From: Verrucomicrobiota bacterium
GTDB lineage: Bacteria > Verrucomicrobiota > Verrucomicrobiia > Limisphaerales > UBA8199
Assembly: GCA_012517205.1 (NCBI GenBank)
Contig: JAAYVL010000103.1
Location: 2,413 to 66,412, forward strand
DNA length: 64,000 bases
Direction: 5' to 3'
The position numbers and the translations under genes are program-made. Each line of letters begins with the position of its first letter. Position 1 is the stretch's first letter. Under the pieces are notes generated by a model. The model had not been told where the DNA came from, did not search any database, and saw nothing but the letters and a program-made list of their open reading frames with translations. Below are positions 8,350-17,306 of the stretch, in pieces.

Positions 8350-8427
8350 TGGTCGGGGCGGTGAGATTCGAACTCACGACCTCTTGTACCCGAAACAAGC
8401 GCGCTAGCCAGGCTACGCTACGCCCCG
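8350..8427 (-). tRNA. tRNA-Pro (anticodon CGG), CCA encoded
   Basis: Minus-strand read: CGGGGCGTAGCGTAGCCTGGCTAGCGCGCTTGTTTCGGGTACAAGAGGTCGTGAGTTCGAATCTCACCGCCCCGACCA. The acceptor stem is 7 bp (CGGGGCG/CGCCCCG). The anticodon stem is CTTGT/ACAAG with loop TTCGGGT. A GTTCGAATC T-loop is present. Confidence 0.9.
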
Positions 8428-8545
8428 ATCCAATGTCGCCCGAATTTAACCCTTTCCGCCGCCGTTATGCAACTCTGAAAATGCGGCGGCGGCGGAGCGC
8501 GTTGCCGGCGGCTGGCTCCGGTTGGCCGGGCGCCATGTTCGGCGC

Positions 8546-9934
8546 TTACTTTTCCCGGGCTGCCGGGGCGGCGACGGCTTCGTCCACGGCTTCGCTGAGC
8601 ACCGCCAGCCCTTCGCGCAGGGCATCCTCGCGGATCGTCAGGGGAGGGGCTATTTTCACGGTTTGCCCCCAGGCGCCCACCGGCGCGAAGAACAGCAGCC
8701 CTTTATGGAAACAGCGCTCGATGATGTCGTGCGCCAGGTCGTGGTTCGGCTCCTTGCGTCCCGGCTGGGTGATTTGCAATCCGCCGACCAGGCCGCGGCA
8801 ACTGTAATGGCCAATGACCTGCGCGTGCCGCTGCTGGATGGCCCGCAGGCCCGCGTCGAGGATTTCGCCCAGGCGCGCGGCGTTGGCGGTGAGGTTTTCG
8901 GCCACGATCTTTTTCACGCTGGCCAGCGCCGCGGCGCAGCATGCCGGGTTGCCAGTGTGGGTGCTGGTCATCGAGCCCGGCCCGAATTGATCCATAATCT
9001 CACTCCGGCCAATGACCGCCGAGAGCGGCAGCGAACTGCTGATGCCTTTGCCGCAGCAGATCAGGTCCGGCGTGACGCCGTAATGCTCGAAGGCCCAGAA
9101 CCGGCCCGTGCGGCCAAAGCCGGCCTGAACTTCATCGAAGATCAGCAGGGCCTCATGCGCCCGGCACCATTGGGCAAGCTGGCGAATGTAATCCACCGGC
9201 GCGAAGTCCGGCCCCACGCCCTGGTAGGTTTCAAAGATCACGCCGGCGACATTCTCCGGCGCCAGTCCTTTCCGGGCCAGCGTTGCCAGGAAAAGCTCGA
9301 AGCGGGTGTCCTCGGTCCAGTAGCCGTCCGGGAAGGGAACCTGCACGATCGCCGGGTCTTCGTTGACGATCCAGCTCTTTTGCCCGGGAATGCCGCCGGC
9401 TTGCTGCGCGCCCAGCGTTCGCCCGTGGAAGCCGCGTTCCGCGCCCACGAGGCCGATCTTCCGGGGACCGCCTTTGCGGATGCCATGGGCGCGGGCCAGT
9501 TTGAGGGCGCACTCCGTCGCTTCCGAACCGGTTGTCAGCAAAAAGACTTTCTCCAGCCCCGGCGGGGCGACCTGGATCAACTGTTCCACGAGCGCGGCGC
9601 GGACTTCGCTGGGAAACACGTAGTTATGCAGCAGGCCGTGGTTGACCTGGGCGAGAATCGCCTGGCGCACCTCGGGCGCGCAATGCCCCGCGTTGGTCAC
9701 GAGCACGCCGCTGCTCCAGTCCAGCCAGCGGTTGCCGTAGGCGTCGTAAACGAACACGTCTTCCGCCCGGTCCCAGACCAGCGGCGGCTGCCCGCGCATG
9801 GATTGCGGCTCGAACTGGCGCAGCTTCTCCAGCGTGGGCACCGAATCCGGGTGCGGCAGGGGCGTGACGATGCGGCGATGCCGGGTTTCGACCCGCGCAA
9901 CGTGGCGCGGCGTGATGCTAAACTCTTTGCCCAT
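8546..9934 (-). CDS. Class III (PLP-dependent) aminotransferase
   Basis: This is the real part of track ORF 8546..10579. The start MGKEFSITPRH is at 9934. Supporting motifs are LLTTGSEATECALKLAR, LIFDEVQAGFGRTGRFWAFEHYGVTPDLICCGKGISSS and MTSTHTGNP. The upstream 215 codons of the track ORF are antisense to nadE. Confidence 0.85.
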   Translation of the reverse strand: MGKEFSITPRHVARVETRHRRIVTPLPHPDSVPTLEKLRQFEPQSMRGQPPLVWDRAEDVFVYDAYGNRWLDWSSGVLVTNAGHCAPEVRQAILAQVNHGLLHNYVFPSEVRAALVEQLIQVAPPGLEKVFLLTTGSEATECALKLARAHGIRKGGPRKIGLVGAERGFHGRTLGAQQAGGIPGQKSWIVNEDPAIVQVPFPDGYWTEDTRFELFLATLARKGLAPENVAGVIFETYQGVGPDFAPVDYIRQLAQWCRAHEALLIFDEVQAGFGRTGRFWAFEHYGVTPDLICCGKGISSSLPLSAVIGRSEIMDQFGPGSMTSTHTGNPACCAAALASVKKIVAENLTANAARLGEILDAGLRAIQQRHAQVIGHYSCRGLVGGLQITQPGRKEPNHDLAHDIIERCFHKGLLFFAPVGAWGQTVKIAPPLTIREDALREGLAVLSEAVDEAVAAPAAREK

Positions 9935-10147
9935 AATTGATGCGCCCCATACAACCCGCATTGACGCCAATTGGAAAGCCGGAAGTGCGCGGAAGAAACT
10001 CCGCGCTGCCGCCGGGCGCCGGCGAAAGACCGCCCCCGCGGGCCGGCGCCTGAACGTCCCGCTTCTCCCGGCGCGGGATTCCGGAGAGCGTTCACTCCGG
10101 GAGATGCCCGCCAAAAGTAATTTCAGTCGGCGGGCAATCGTATTAGG

Positions 10148-11068
10148 ATGGCCGGGATGAAGACCGCGCAACAGCGAATCAAACTGGCCCGAATGGATCC
10201 GGAACAGGTGGCGGATGAGATCGGGGGCTTTATCGTGGAAGCCGTCCGCCGGCTGCGCAAGACCGGCGCGGTGCTGGGGCTGTCCGGCGGGGTGGATAGC
10301 ACCTGCGTGGCGGCCCTGGCGAAACGGGCCTTTGATCGGCATAACGCGCAGTCCCCCGATCAGCCGCTGGAGCTGGCCGGTTACATTTTGCCCTCGCGCA
10401 CCAGTGAGGCCAGGGACGTGGAGGACGCCCGCCAGGTCGCGACCCGGCTGGGGCTGCGGCATGAAGTCCAGAGCATCGAGCCCATCGTGGAAGCCTTCCA
10501 GACCACCAACCCCGAAGCGCTGCGCCATGCGTATCATCGCGGCAACCTGACTTCGGAGATTCGGGCGGTGATTCTGCATGCCAAGGCGGCCACGGAAAAC
10601 AAGAGCGTGATTGGCACCGGCAACCGGGATGAGGACTACGGAGTTGGCTATTATACGTTATTCGGCGACGGAGCGGTGCACCTGAGCCCGATCGGCAACC
10701 TGCCCAAGCGCCTGGTCCGGGAGATGGCGGCGCATCTCGGGTTCCAGGACCTGGCGGGCCGGGTTTCCTCGGCCGGCCTGGAGCCGGGGCAGACTTCGTT
10801 TAAGGACCTGGGCTGTGATTACGAATTTGCCGAGGTGATTCTAAACGGCCTGGACCAGGGCCTGCGGGCGGAGGAGCTTTCCGTGCATCCCCAGGTCGTG
10901 CCCTATGCCCGGCAGCAAATCGAGAAATACACGCAGTGGTATGGAGCGCCCAAATTTGCGTCCGTTCCGGAACTGGTGGCCGAGGTGTTGCGGCGGCATG
11001 AGCTCGCCCGGCTGAAAGTCCGGCTGGTCCAGCCCGACATCGCCCCGATCACCCTGACCCTGGAGTGA
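10148..11068 (+). CDS. nadE: NH3-dependent NAD+ synthetase
   Basis: LGLSGGVDSTCVAALAKRAF is a PP-loop SGGxDS motif. The length and overall pattern match NadE. The start could instead be the ATG at 10157. Confidence 0.85.
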   Translation: MAGMKTAQQRIKLARMDPEQVADEIGGFIVEAVRRLRKTGAVLGLSGGVDSTCVAALAKRAFDRHNAQSPDQPLELAGYILPSRTSEARDVEDARQVATRLGLRHEVQSIEPIVEAFQTTNPEALRHAYHRGNLTSEIRAVILHAKAATENKSVIGTGNRDEDYGVGYYTLFGDGAVHLSPIGNLPKRLVREMAAHLGFQDLAGRVSSAGLEPGQTSFKDLGCDYEFAEVILNGLDQGLRAEELSVHPQVVPYARQQIEKYTQWYGAPKFASVPELVAEVLRRHELARLKVRLVQPDIAPITLTLE

Positions 11069-11108
11069 GGGCGTCCCGCACGGGCGCGGTTCCCCCGGAG
11101 GACATCCG

Positions 11109-12374
11109 TCAGTCCGAGGAGATCAGCTTTTCCCAGAGCGTCTCGTTCAGCAGCACCTTTTGCAGGAAGCTTTCTTCGGTTTGCGGGGATGCGGCCCGGT
11201 TCGGATCGAGCGGCAACCGCAGCCGGAACGTGGTTCCGCGCCCGGGCTCGCTCCGGGCGTCAATCCATCCCCCGTGATGGTGCACGATGAAATAGCAAGC
11301 CATCAGGTGGATGCCATATTCGGCCGGACTGTCGCTGCGCAGCACAAACGGGTCGAACACCAGCCGCAGCGCCTCCTGGGGCAGCCCCGGTCCGTCGTCG
11401 TTCAGCTCGACCAGCACCTCGGGCTGGCCCGGCGGCCCGGCATCCAGCAGCTTGGCGGTCAGGGTGACCCGGTTGCCGGCGGACAGGCTGACGAGCTCAT
11501 CCCGGAGCAGCAGATCAAACAGCCGCGTGAACTTCGGCAGGTCCACGTTGAGCGCCGGCAGGGAGTCGGGGATGTGGTTCTCCACCACGATCTGCTTGCC
11601 GGCAAACGCATCCTTCAAGCTGGCGATGACGCCCGCCACCACTTCATGCAGATGCGCGCGGTTGGCAAACTCATAGGTGGGCTTTTCCGAAGCGGTCCAC
11701 AGATCCTTGAGCAGGTGGCTGATCTTTTCGATTTGCCCCTGGACGTTCTGGTAATACTCCTTCCAGAAATCCGGGTTGCGCAAACTCTCCATGTCCAGCT
11801 TCTCCTCGGCCATCTTGGAGGGCGCCAGGTCCAGGAACGTCTTGACCGCCACCAGCGCGTTGCGGATGTGGTGGCTCAGGCCGGCGGCCAGCAGGCCAAG
11901 GCTCACAATCCGGTCGGCAATCATCATATTGTGCAGCACGGACATTTTCTCCTTCAGCAACTGGTCGCGCTCGCGCTGCACCATGAAAAACTCCAGCCCG
12001 CGCTGCAGGGTGTTTTCCAGTTGCGGCACATCCCAGGGTTTGGTCACGTATTTGTAAATGGCGCCAGTGTTGACGGCGGCAATGGCCACCTCCATATCGC
12101 TGTAGGCGGTCGCCAGAATGCGAATGATGCGCGGGCGAAGCTGGCGCGCCTTTTCCAGCAGCCAGATGCCCTTCTCGCCGGGCATCCGCTGATCGGTCAT
12201 CAGCAGCCCGATTTCGTCTTTGTGCGCCTCCAGCAGCTTCAGCCCCTCTTGCGCATTAGGCGCGGTAAAGATGCGGAACTGATCCCGGAACGCCCGGGTA
12301 AAATACTTCAGGGACAGCTCTTCGTCGTCAACGTAGAGGATCGCAAATCTCTGGTAGTCGTAAAGATTCTGCAT
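11109..12374 (-). CDS. Response regulator with histidine-kinase-like output domain (PhcR-like architecture)
   Basis: N-terminal receiver: ILYVDDEELSLKYF...LLMTDQRMPGEKG...KPWD. This is followed by the H-box LAAGLSHHIRNALVAVKTF and a HATPase-like C-terminus (LNDDGPGLPQEALRLVFDPF...GRGTTFRLRLP) with a degenerate G2 box (EYGIHLMAC). Confidence 0.85.
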   Translation of the reverse strand: MQNLYDYQRFAILYVDDEELSLKYFTRAFRDQFRIFTAPNAQEGLKLLEAHKDEIGLLMTDQRMPGEKGIWLLEKARQLRPRIIRILATAYSDMEVAIAAVNTGAIYKYVTKPWDVPQLENTLQRGLEFFMVQRERDQLLKEKMSVLHNMMIADRIVSLGLLAAGLSHHIRNALVAVKTFLDLAPSKMAEEKLDMESLRNPDFWKEYYQNVQGQIEKISHLLKDLWTASEKPTYEFANRAHLHEVVAGVIASLKDAFAGKQIVVENHIPDSLPALNVDLPKFTRLFDLLLRDELVSLSAGNRVTLTAKLLDAGPPGQPEVLVELNDDGPGLPQEALRLVFDPFVLRSDSPAEYGIHLMACYFIVHHHGGWIDARSEPGRGTTFRLRLPLDPNRAASPQTEESFLQKVLLNETLWEKLISSD

Positions 12375-12396
12375 AGCCGTTGTCTGATCGTTTCAT

Positions 12397-13758
12397 TTAT
12401 GGCGTTCCCGGGGCGGGAAACTCCAGCGTAATCTCACAAAACTGGCCGGGCTCCGACCGCGCCGAAATCCGGCCGCCGCAATTCTGCATGATCGTGTGGC
12501 ACGTCGCCAGGCCCAGCCCCATGCCCTGGCCGACATCCTTGGTGGTGAAAAACGGGTCGAAGATCTTGTCCAGGTGCTCCGCCCCGATGCCGGGGCCGTT
12601 GTCCCGCACCCGCAGGATGCTCTTGCCCGGTTCGAGGCATCCCTCGATTTGAATGGCCGGGGGCTCGCCCGCGAAGGTCTTGGTCTTGAGCGCATCCAGC
12701 GAATTGGTCAGCAGGTTGAGCAGTGCCTGCGTCAGCAGGTTCTTGTTGGCCCAGACCGTTTGCCGCTCCGCCAGCTTCGACTCGATCCGCACCTTGCCTT
12801 TCCATTCGTTGCTCAGGAACCGCAGCGCCGCGGTGACCACTTCGGCCACCTCCACCGCGTCCCGGCTTTCGGTCTCGGGATGGGTGAACGTGCGCAAGCT
12901 GGATACAATATCCTTCACCCGCTGGACCCCATCCTCCACGTCCTTCAGCACATCCGCGTATTCCTCCTGCTCCGCGGGCGGCAGGTGCCGGCTCTTCTTG
13001 CGCAGCGTGAACAGCCCCGTCGCGGTGAAGTTCAGCGGATTGTTAATCTCGTGAATGATGCCCGCGCTCAGGCGGCCGAGCGACGCCAGCTTCTCGGATT
13101 GCACCAGTTGCAGCTCGGTTTCTTTGAGCTGCTGGATCGTGGCTTCCAGAATCCGGTTCTGCCGGTCCAACTGGTAGCGAAAGGCAAATTCCCCAAAGCG
13201 GATCTTGCTGTGAAAATAGCTGCCCGTGGCCACGATGATTCCCGTCAGCCCCAGGAAATAGACGTTGTTGACAAAAAGATGCCAGGCCACGGGACCCTGA
13301 TTAAAGAAGACCGCGGCCAGGTAGAGGCCCAGCACCAGCACGGCGGCGCACAGGCTCTCGCGAAACGTCCAATGCAGCACAAACGCCAGCACCAGCAGCA
13401 CCAGGTTCAGGCCGGCGTAGTAGGGCGAGGCCGCGCCATCCGGGCTGACCTTGATCATGTAGGCCATGCAGGAGGTGGGCAGCATGAACAGCGTGATGCC
13501 CAGGAACCGGTAATACTTGTGCCCCAGCGGCGTGAGCAGCAGGGCCAGGAAGGCGCCGATCAACACCGCGTTCTCCAGCCGCAATTTGAGGAATTGCGCC
13601 GCCAGCGCGGGATAAACCGCGTGGTCAATAATGACCCCGGCCGGCATCAGCACCATGCCAATCACGCAGGCCACCTTGAAGTTGCTGATCGTCTGCCGGC
13701 GATCATACTCCGCAAACGCCGCCTCGATCTCGCGGTTATGGGGCGCGCCGTCAGCCAT
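12397..13758 (-). CDS. Polytopic membrane sensor histidine kinase (PhcS-like position)
   Basis: The N-terminal half is hydrophobic, with about 6 predicted helices. HisKA: ASLGRLSAGIIHEINNPLNF. N-box: LLNLLTNSLDAL. G-boxes: VRDNGPGIG and GQGMGLGL. The start chosen is MADGAPHN at 13758, which overlaps the upstream stop by 8 nt (ATGGCTGA). The track start is 13788. Confidence 0.85.
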   Translation of the reverse strand: MADGAPHNREIEAAFAEYDRRQTISNFKVACVIGMVLMPAGVIIDHAVYPALAAQFLKLRLENAVLIGAFLALLLTPLGHKYYRFLGITLFMLPTSCMAYMIKVSPDGAASPYYAGLNLVLLVLAFVLHWTFRESLCAAVLVLGLYLAAVFFNQGPVAWHLFVNNVYFLGLTGIIVATGSYFHSKIRFGEFAFRYQLDRQNRILEATIQQLKETELQLVQSEKLASLGRLSAGIIHEINNPLNFTATGLFTLRKKSRHLPPAEQEEYADVLKDVEDGVQRVKDIVSSLRTFTHPETESRDAVEVAEVVTAALRFLSNEWKGKVRIESKLAERQTVWANKNLLTQALLNLLTNSLDALKTKTFAGEPPAIQIEGCLEPGKSILRVRDNGPGIGAEHLDKIFDPFFTTKDVGQGMGLGLATCHTIMQNCGGRISARSEPGQFCEITLEFPAPGTP

Positions 13759-15271
13759 GCTCCGGTTTCCTCGCTTCCACAAAAACATTCACCTCCGTCG
13801 GGTCCTTGAGGACGCGCGTCCGGGCGGCGGAAAGCCCCGGCGGCAGCAGCGCCGCGCTCTGCGCGGGGTTGCGGTAGAACAGGTGCCAGTCCAGCACAAA
13901 TTCCAGCATGTGGCGGAAAGGCTTGCAGTCCTCCACGTTGGTGGCCGCCAGCCGCCCGCCCGGCGCCAGCCAATCGTAAAGCCCCGCCATCACCTGCGCG
14001 GCGATCCGGTCCGACAGGTAATCCAGCAGGCCGGCGCAATAGATGAAATCATATTCCCGAACCGGCGCCGGCGCCGCCCGGGCGCCCTCTTTAATCACCT
14101 GCTGCACCGATTGCCGCCGGATGTCCAGCTCCACGCGCCGCCCATGGCGCCGCCGGCAATCCTCCAGCACCCGCTGAACGTGCCGCGTCGTTTCCTCGTT
14201 GAAATCCCACAGCTCGAAGCGCGCCGGGTGGCCCAAGGCGTCCTCGGCCAGGAACTCCTGGATTTCCCGCGCCGGGCCGCACCCCAGGCTCAACACGCGC
14301 AGCGGCTGCCCCCGGGCCGCCCGGCGGCGCGCCTCCTCCCGCAGCAGCCCCTTCAAATACTGAATGCGATTGCGGTGCGCCCGCGCCGGCCATTGGCTCA
14401 GGAACCACCGGTTTACCACCTTCGCAAACAGCGAGCCGCCCTCATGCGGGTCGCGCAAAATCATGTTCACCATCTCGTAGTCGCCCGCGTAGCCCAGCGG
14501 CTTGTGGTAGGTGCGATGCGCAAACGGCGCGCACAGGACCAGCGGATGCAACAGGCGCTGCGCGAAAACCTGGTGCACCGGCCGCAGCTCCGGCTCGAGG
14601 TCCGCCGCGATGCTCTCCAGGCGCTCATGCATCGCGTCGAACGCCGGCACCATGTCCCGTCCGATTTCGCGCGCGGCGGCTTCCTCCCGCTCCGCCCGCG
14701 CGCCGGGCCGGGCGGCGCGAATCTCCACCTCCGTCTGCTCCAGCCAGAGCCGCAGGTCGCTCAGAAAGGTCTGCATGTCGGCCACCACCACCTTGAAGGC
14801 GGGCCGCACGCGGTAGAGCTTCTGCCAATGGCCCAGGAACGCCTGAAACCCCTCGTGCAAGGGCGCGGGATCCTCGCCCGGGGAAAAGGAAGACAATCGA
14901 AAGCTCCCCTCATCCAGCCGGACTTCGCCGATCAGCATCGTGCCCGCGTTGATCAGCGCGGTGACCACCGCCCGCCCCTCATAAATTACCCGCCCTTGAA
15001 GAATGATCTGGAAGCCCTCGAGCACCTCCGAAAGCTGCAGCACCAGGCCGGGCTGGTAAATCTCCAGCACCGCCGAATACCGGGTAAGCCGCCGCAACCG
15101 GGCGCGCAGCTCCCCCGCCTGGCGGCTTGCGCCAAGAACCAGGTTCTCTGTGGACGCGCCGTTTTTCATGATCCGCGGGACCGCGGCCGTGAGCGTGTCG
15201 CAAGCGGGCGGGCGAAGCAACCCCTTAGCGGCCGCCCCGCTCGCGCTCGACTCCGTCCGTGGTCTTTTCAT
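13751..15271 (-). CDS. Class I SAM-dependent methyltransferase of the PhcB-like (hydroxy-fatty-acid methyl ester synthase-like) type, with an uncharacterised N-terminal region of about 200 aa
   Basis: YHKPLGYAGDYEMVNMIL is followed by the SAM motif RVLSLGCGPAREIQEFL. Later motifs are FDFIYCAGLLDYLSD and LAPGGRLAATNV. The start is uncertain: 15271 (MKRPRTE) or 15169 (MKNGAST). The track start at 15451 would overlap the upstream gene. Confidence 0.75.
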   Translation of the reverse strand: MKRPRTESSASGAAAKGLLRPPACDTLTAAVPRIMKNGASTENLVLGASRQAGELRARLRRLTRYSAVLEIYQPGLVLQLSEVLEGFQIILQGRVIYEGRAVVTALINAGTMLIGEVRLDEGSFRLSSFSPGEDPAPLHEGFQAFLGHWQKLYRVRPAFKVVVADMQTFLSDLRLWLEQTEVEIRAARPGARAEREEAAAREIGRDMVPAFDAMHERLESIAADLEPELRPVHQVFAQRLLHPLVLCAPFAHRTYHKPLGYAGDYEMVNMILRDPHEGGSLFAKVVNRWFLSQWPARAHRNRIQYLKGLLREEARRRAARGQPLRVLSLGCGPAREIQEFLAEDALGHPARFELWDFNEETTRHVQRVLEDCRRRHGRRVELDIRRQSVQQVIKEGARAAPAPVREYDFIYCAGLLDYLSDRIAAQVMAGLYDWLAPGGRLAATNVEDCKPFRHMLEFVLDWHLFYRNPAQSAALLPPGLSAARTRVLKDPTEVNVFVEARKPEHG

Positions 15272-15327
15272 GCAATCTTCACGCGCCGGCGGACGTTTGC
15301 AACCCGCGCTTCCCGCCGCGCCCCGCC

Positions 15328-16665
15328 TCAGGCCGGAGGGCCGCCGCGGCCGCCGCCCGCCGCCCGCCACCCGCGCAGCAGCTTTCGCAGCATTCCCCAG
15401 CAGCCGTCCGCAATCCCCGCCGAGGCAAACGCCAGGTACACATCGGCGCACGGCAGCCAGCCGTTGGACGCAAAGTAAAGCGGCCGCTCGGCGCCGCGGT
15501 ATTTCGATTTGTGAAACGACAGGCCCTGAAAATTATACAGGCCATTGCCAAAACGGGCGCTCCACCGGAACAACTGCCGGGCCGCCCAGTCGTCGTTGAA
15601 CGCCCCGCACTCCAGCTTCCCAAAGGGCGCCAGCAGCAAATTGAGCACCTCCACCCCCTCCGCCCGGAATGTTTCCATGGCTACCATGTGCAGGGCCGTG
15701 GCCAGCCGCCCAAACCGCCGCTCGTCGCAGCGCACGATGTTCGCCGAATAGCCAAACACCCGTCCGCCGCGATACATCGGATCATAAAACGCAAACCCCG
15801 CCACCCGGCGCTCCGGGTCGTAGGCGACAAACTTGCGCACGCCTTCCTCCGGCTCGAAAACCGGGCGGCGCGCATAAAGCCAAATCTCCCGGTCATTGAT
15901 CTTCCGGGAGCGAACCCAACGGGCCGAGAAGGCTTTCAATTCCCGCCGCCGCTGCTTCAGGCTCATCCCGCTTTCCTCGCGGATGGTCAGCCCCTCACGC
16001 CGCGCCTCATTGCGGGCGCGCTTGATCAAGTCCAATTCCTTCCAGTTGCCTTCCGTGTTGTAGGTCTGAACCGCCATGAGCGGCTCATACCCGATGCAAT
16101 TCACTTTGAAGCCCAACGGCCGCAGCGCCCGGGCGCACGCCTCGGAAATGACGCCGAAGGCCGCGTGCCGGTCTTGCGCCAAAAAGCTGCCCACCAGGGC
16201 CGGAACGTCCTCCGGCGCGCAGATCGGGTCGGAAAAAACAATGCGCCGGGGCCGGCGCGCCCAGAGCGGGTGCCGGGCTCGCGTATAGGCAATATAACCA
16301 CTCGGGCCGATAAAATACTCCATCCCCGACTGCAGCGTCGCGTAGGCGATGCCCTCCCGCCCATGCTGCCGCAGAAACGGCGAAAGCAAATCCCATTTCT
16401 GCCGGGAATCCAACGCCCGGGCGCTTTCTCCTTCCAGAACGCGTATGCCGGCGCCTTGCGCCGGGCTGGCAGCCTCCGCCCCTCGCACCCCGGCCTTCGG
16501 CGCCCGCCGGATCCAGCCATCCGCCCGCTCCCGCCTCGCTACGGGGATAAAACTGGCCGGCTGGGCATCGGCGCCGGCAAGCAATGCCGCATCCGAATCC
16601 AAAACTGTGCCCTGACCGGAGTGGTGCATGGACCACGGCAGCGCAGAACTAGACGGCCAATTCAT
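15328..16665 (-). CDS. DUF2156 / MprF C-terminal (LPG_synthase_C)-like aminoacyl- or acyl-transferase domain protein
   Basis: 445-aa ORF. The C-terminal NFQGLSFHKSKYRGAERPLYFA resembles the conserved FKxKF...W.PRY tail of the aminoacyl-phosphatidylglycerol synthase domain. There is no membrane flippase domain. Confidence 0.7.
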   Translation of the reverse strand: MNWPSSSALPWSMHHSGQGTVLDSDAALLAGADAQPASFIPVARRERADGWIRRAPKAGVRGAEAASPAQGAGIRVLEGESARALDSRQKWDLLSPFLRQHGREGIAYATLQSGMEYFIGPSGYIAYTRARHPLWARRPRRIVFSDPICAPEDVPALVGSFLAQDRHAAFGVISEACARALRPLGFKVNCIGYEPLMAVQTYNTEGNWKELDLIKRARNEARREGLTIREESGMSLKQRRRELKAFSARWVRSRKINDREIWLYARRPVFEPEEGVRKFVAYDPERRVAGFAFYDPMYRGGRVFGYSANIVRCDERRFGRLATALHMVAMETFRAEGVEVLNLLLAPFGKLECGAFNDDWAARQLFRWSARFGNGLYNFQGLSFHKSKYRGAERPLYFASNGWLPCADVYLAFASAGIADGCWGMLRKLLRGWRAAGGGRGGPPA

Positions 16666-16961
16666 CTCTTAAGCCCCAATTACAGCGTTCCCGGTGCCAA
16701 CCGTGCGCCACAGGCAGGAAAAATGCAAAAATCTCGCCTTTTCAGGGACTTTACGCGCGAAGGGCGCCGCAAATCGCCCAATTTCACCGGAAACCCCTGA
16801 ACCGGCGCAAATCGTCCAGAACGCATTTGTGACATGGCCACCATGGACAATCCCATCCCCCTCCGGGTTTAACCCCCTCCGCGGGCGCGCCAGGCCGCTT
16901 TTTCGCCCATTCTACAAGCGCTGGCGACCCCACGGCATGGCCCTCGCCAGTTCTAAGCCGT

Positions 16962-17209
16962 CACGATTCAGTTGGGCAACTCAACTGCCAGCCCCCATTC
17001 CATCAGAATCAGGACAGCCCTGATCGCCCCGGCCACAGCCTTGGCGAACCCTTTGTTTAGCAACTTCAAGGGCATGGCTGCTGAATCCCGAGCCTTTCGC
17101 CAGTAAAATCCAGGGTTTAGGCATAAAGAGGGGTAAAATAGCGGCAAAATCTCAATCATCCCGGCTTCGGCGCACCCTGGACATACCCTGAATCTACCCT
17201 GCCTCCAAG
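16962..17209 (-). repeat. Conserved flanking module M, copy A-left (reads on the minus strand away from the hairpin)
   Basis: The reverse complement aligns by eye along its length with 32412-32655. Example of shared sequence: CCTAAACCCTGGATTTTACTGGCGAAAGGCTCGGGATTCAGCAGCCATGCCCTTGAAGTTGCTAAACAAAGGGTTCGCCAAGGCTG versus CCTAAACTATTGATTTTACAGGCGAAAGGCTCGGGGTTCAGCAGCCACGCCCTTGAATTGGTTAAACACAGAGTTCGCCAGGGCTG. Confidence 0.8.
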
Positions 17210-17306
17210 CCGTGTACAAGGGGTGTACAAGGGATGCCCATCGGGAGTCCATAGGATTTTAGCTGGTACATCCGGTGAGCATCCCTTGTACACCCCTTGT
17301 ACACGG
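17210..17306 (-). repeat. Iteron hairpin element, copy 1 (GTGTACAAGGG x2 arms)
   Basis: Left arm: CCGTGTACAAGGGGTGTACAAGGGATGC at 17210-17237. Right arm: GCATCCCTTGTACACCCCTTGTACACGG at 17279-17306. The loop motifs run in the opposite sense to copies 2-4. Confidence 0.9.

Noticed and set aside
8063-8427. Integrase gene or duplicated tRNA-Pro 3' segment (att site) delimiting a genomic island
   Set aside because: No integrase-like ORF was found, and no copy of the tRNA 3' end (GGTGAGATTCGAA...) could be found by eye between 4267 and 8349. Island status rests only on context and composition.
8522-9940. 472-aa plus-strand ORF
   Set aside because: It is antisense to the class III aminotransferase and has an Arg/Ala/Gly-rich shadow composition.
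9935-10579. N-terminal 215 codons of track ORF 8546..10579
   Set aside because: This extension is antisense to nadE and not aminotransferase-like. Homology-style sequence begins at MGKEF (9934).
13631-16800. Long plus-strand ORFs 13631..15478 (615 aa) and 15259..16800 (513 aa)
   Set aside because: They are antisense shadows of the PhcB-like MTase and DUF2156 genes, with Arg/Pro/Gln-rich composition and no motifs.
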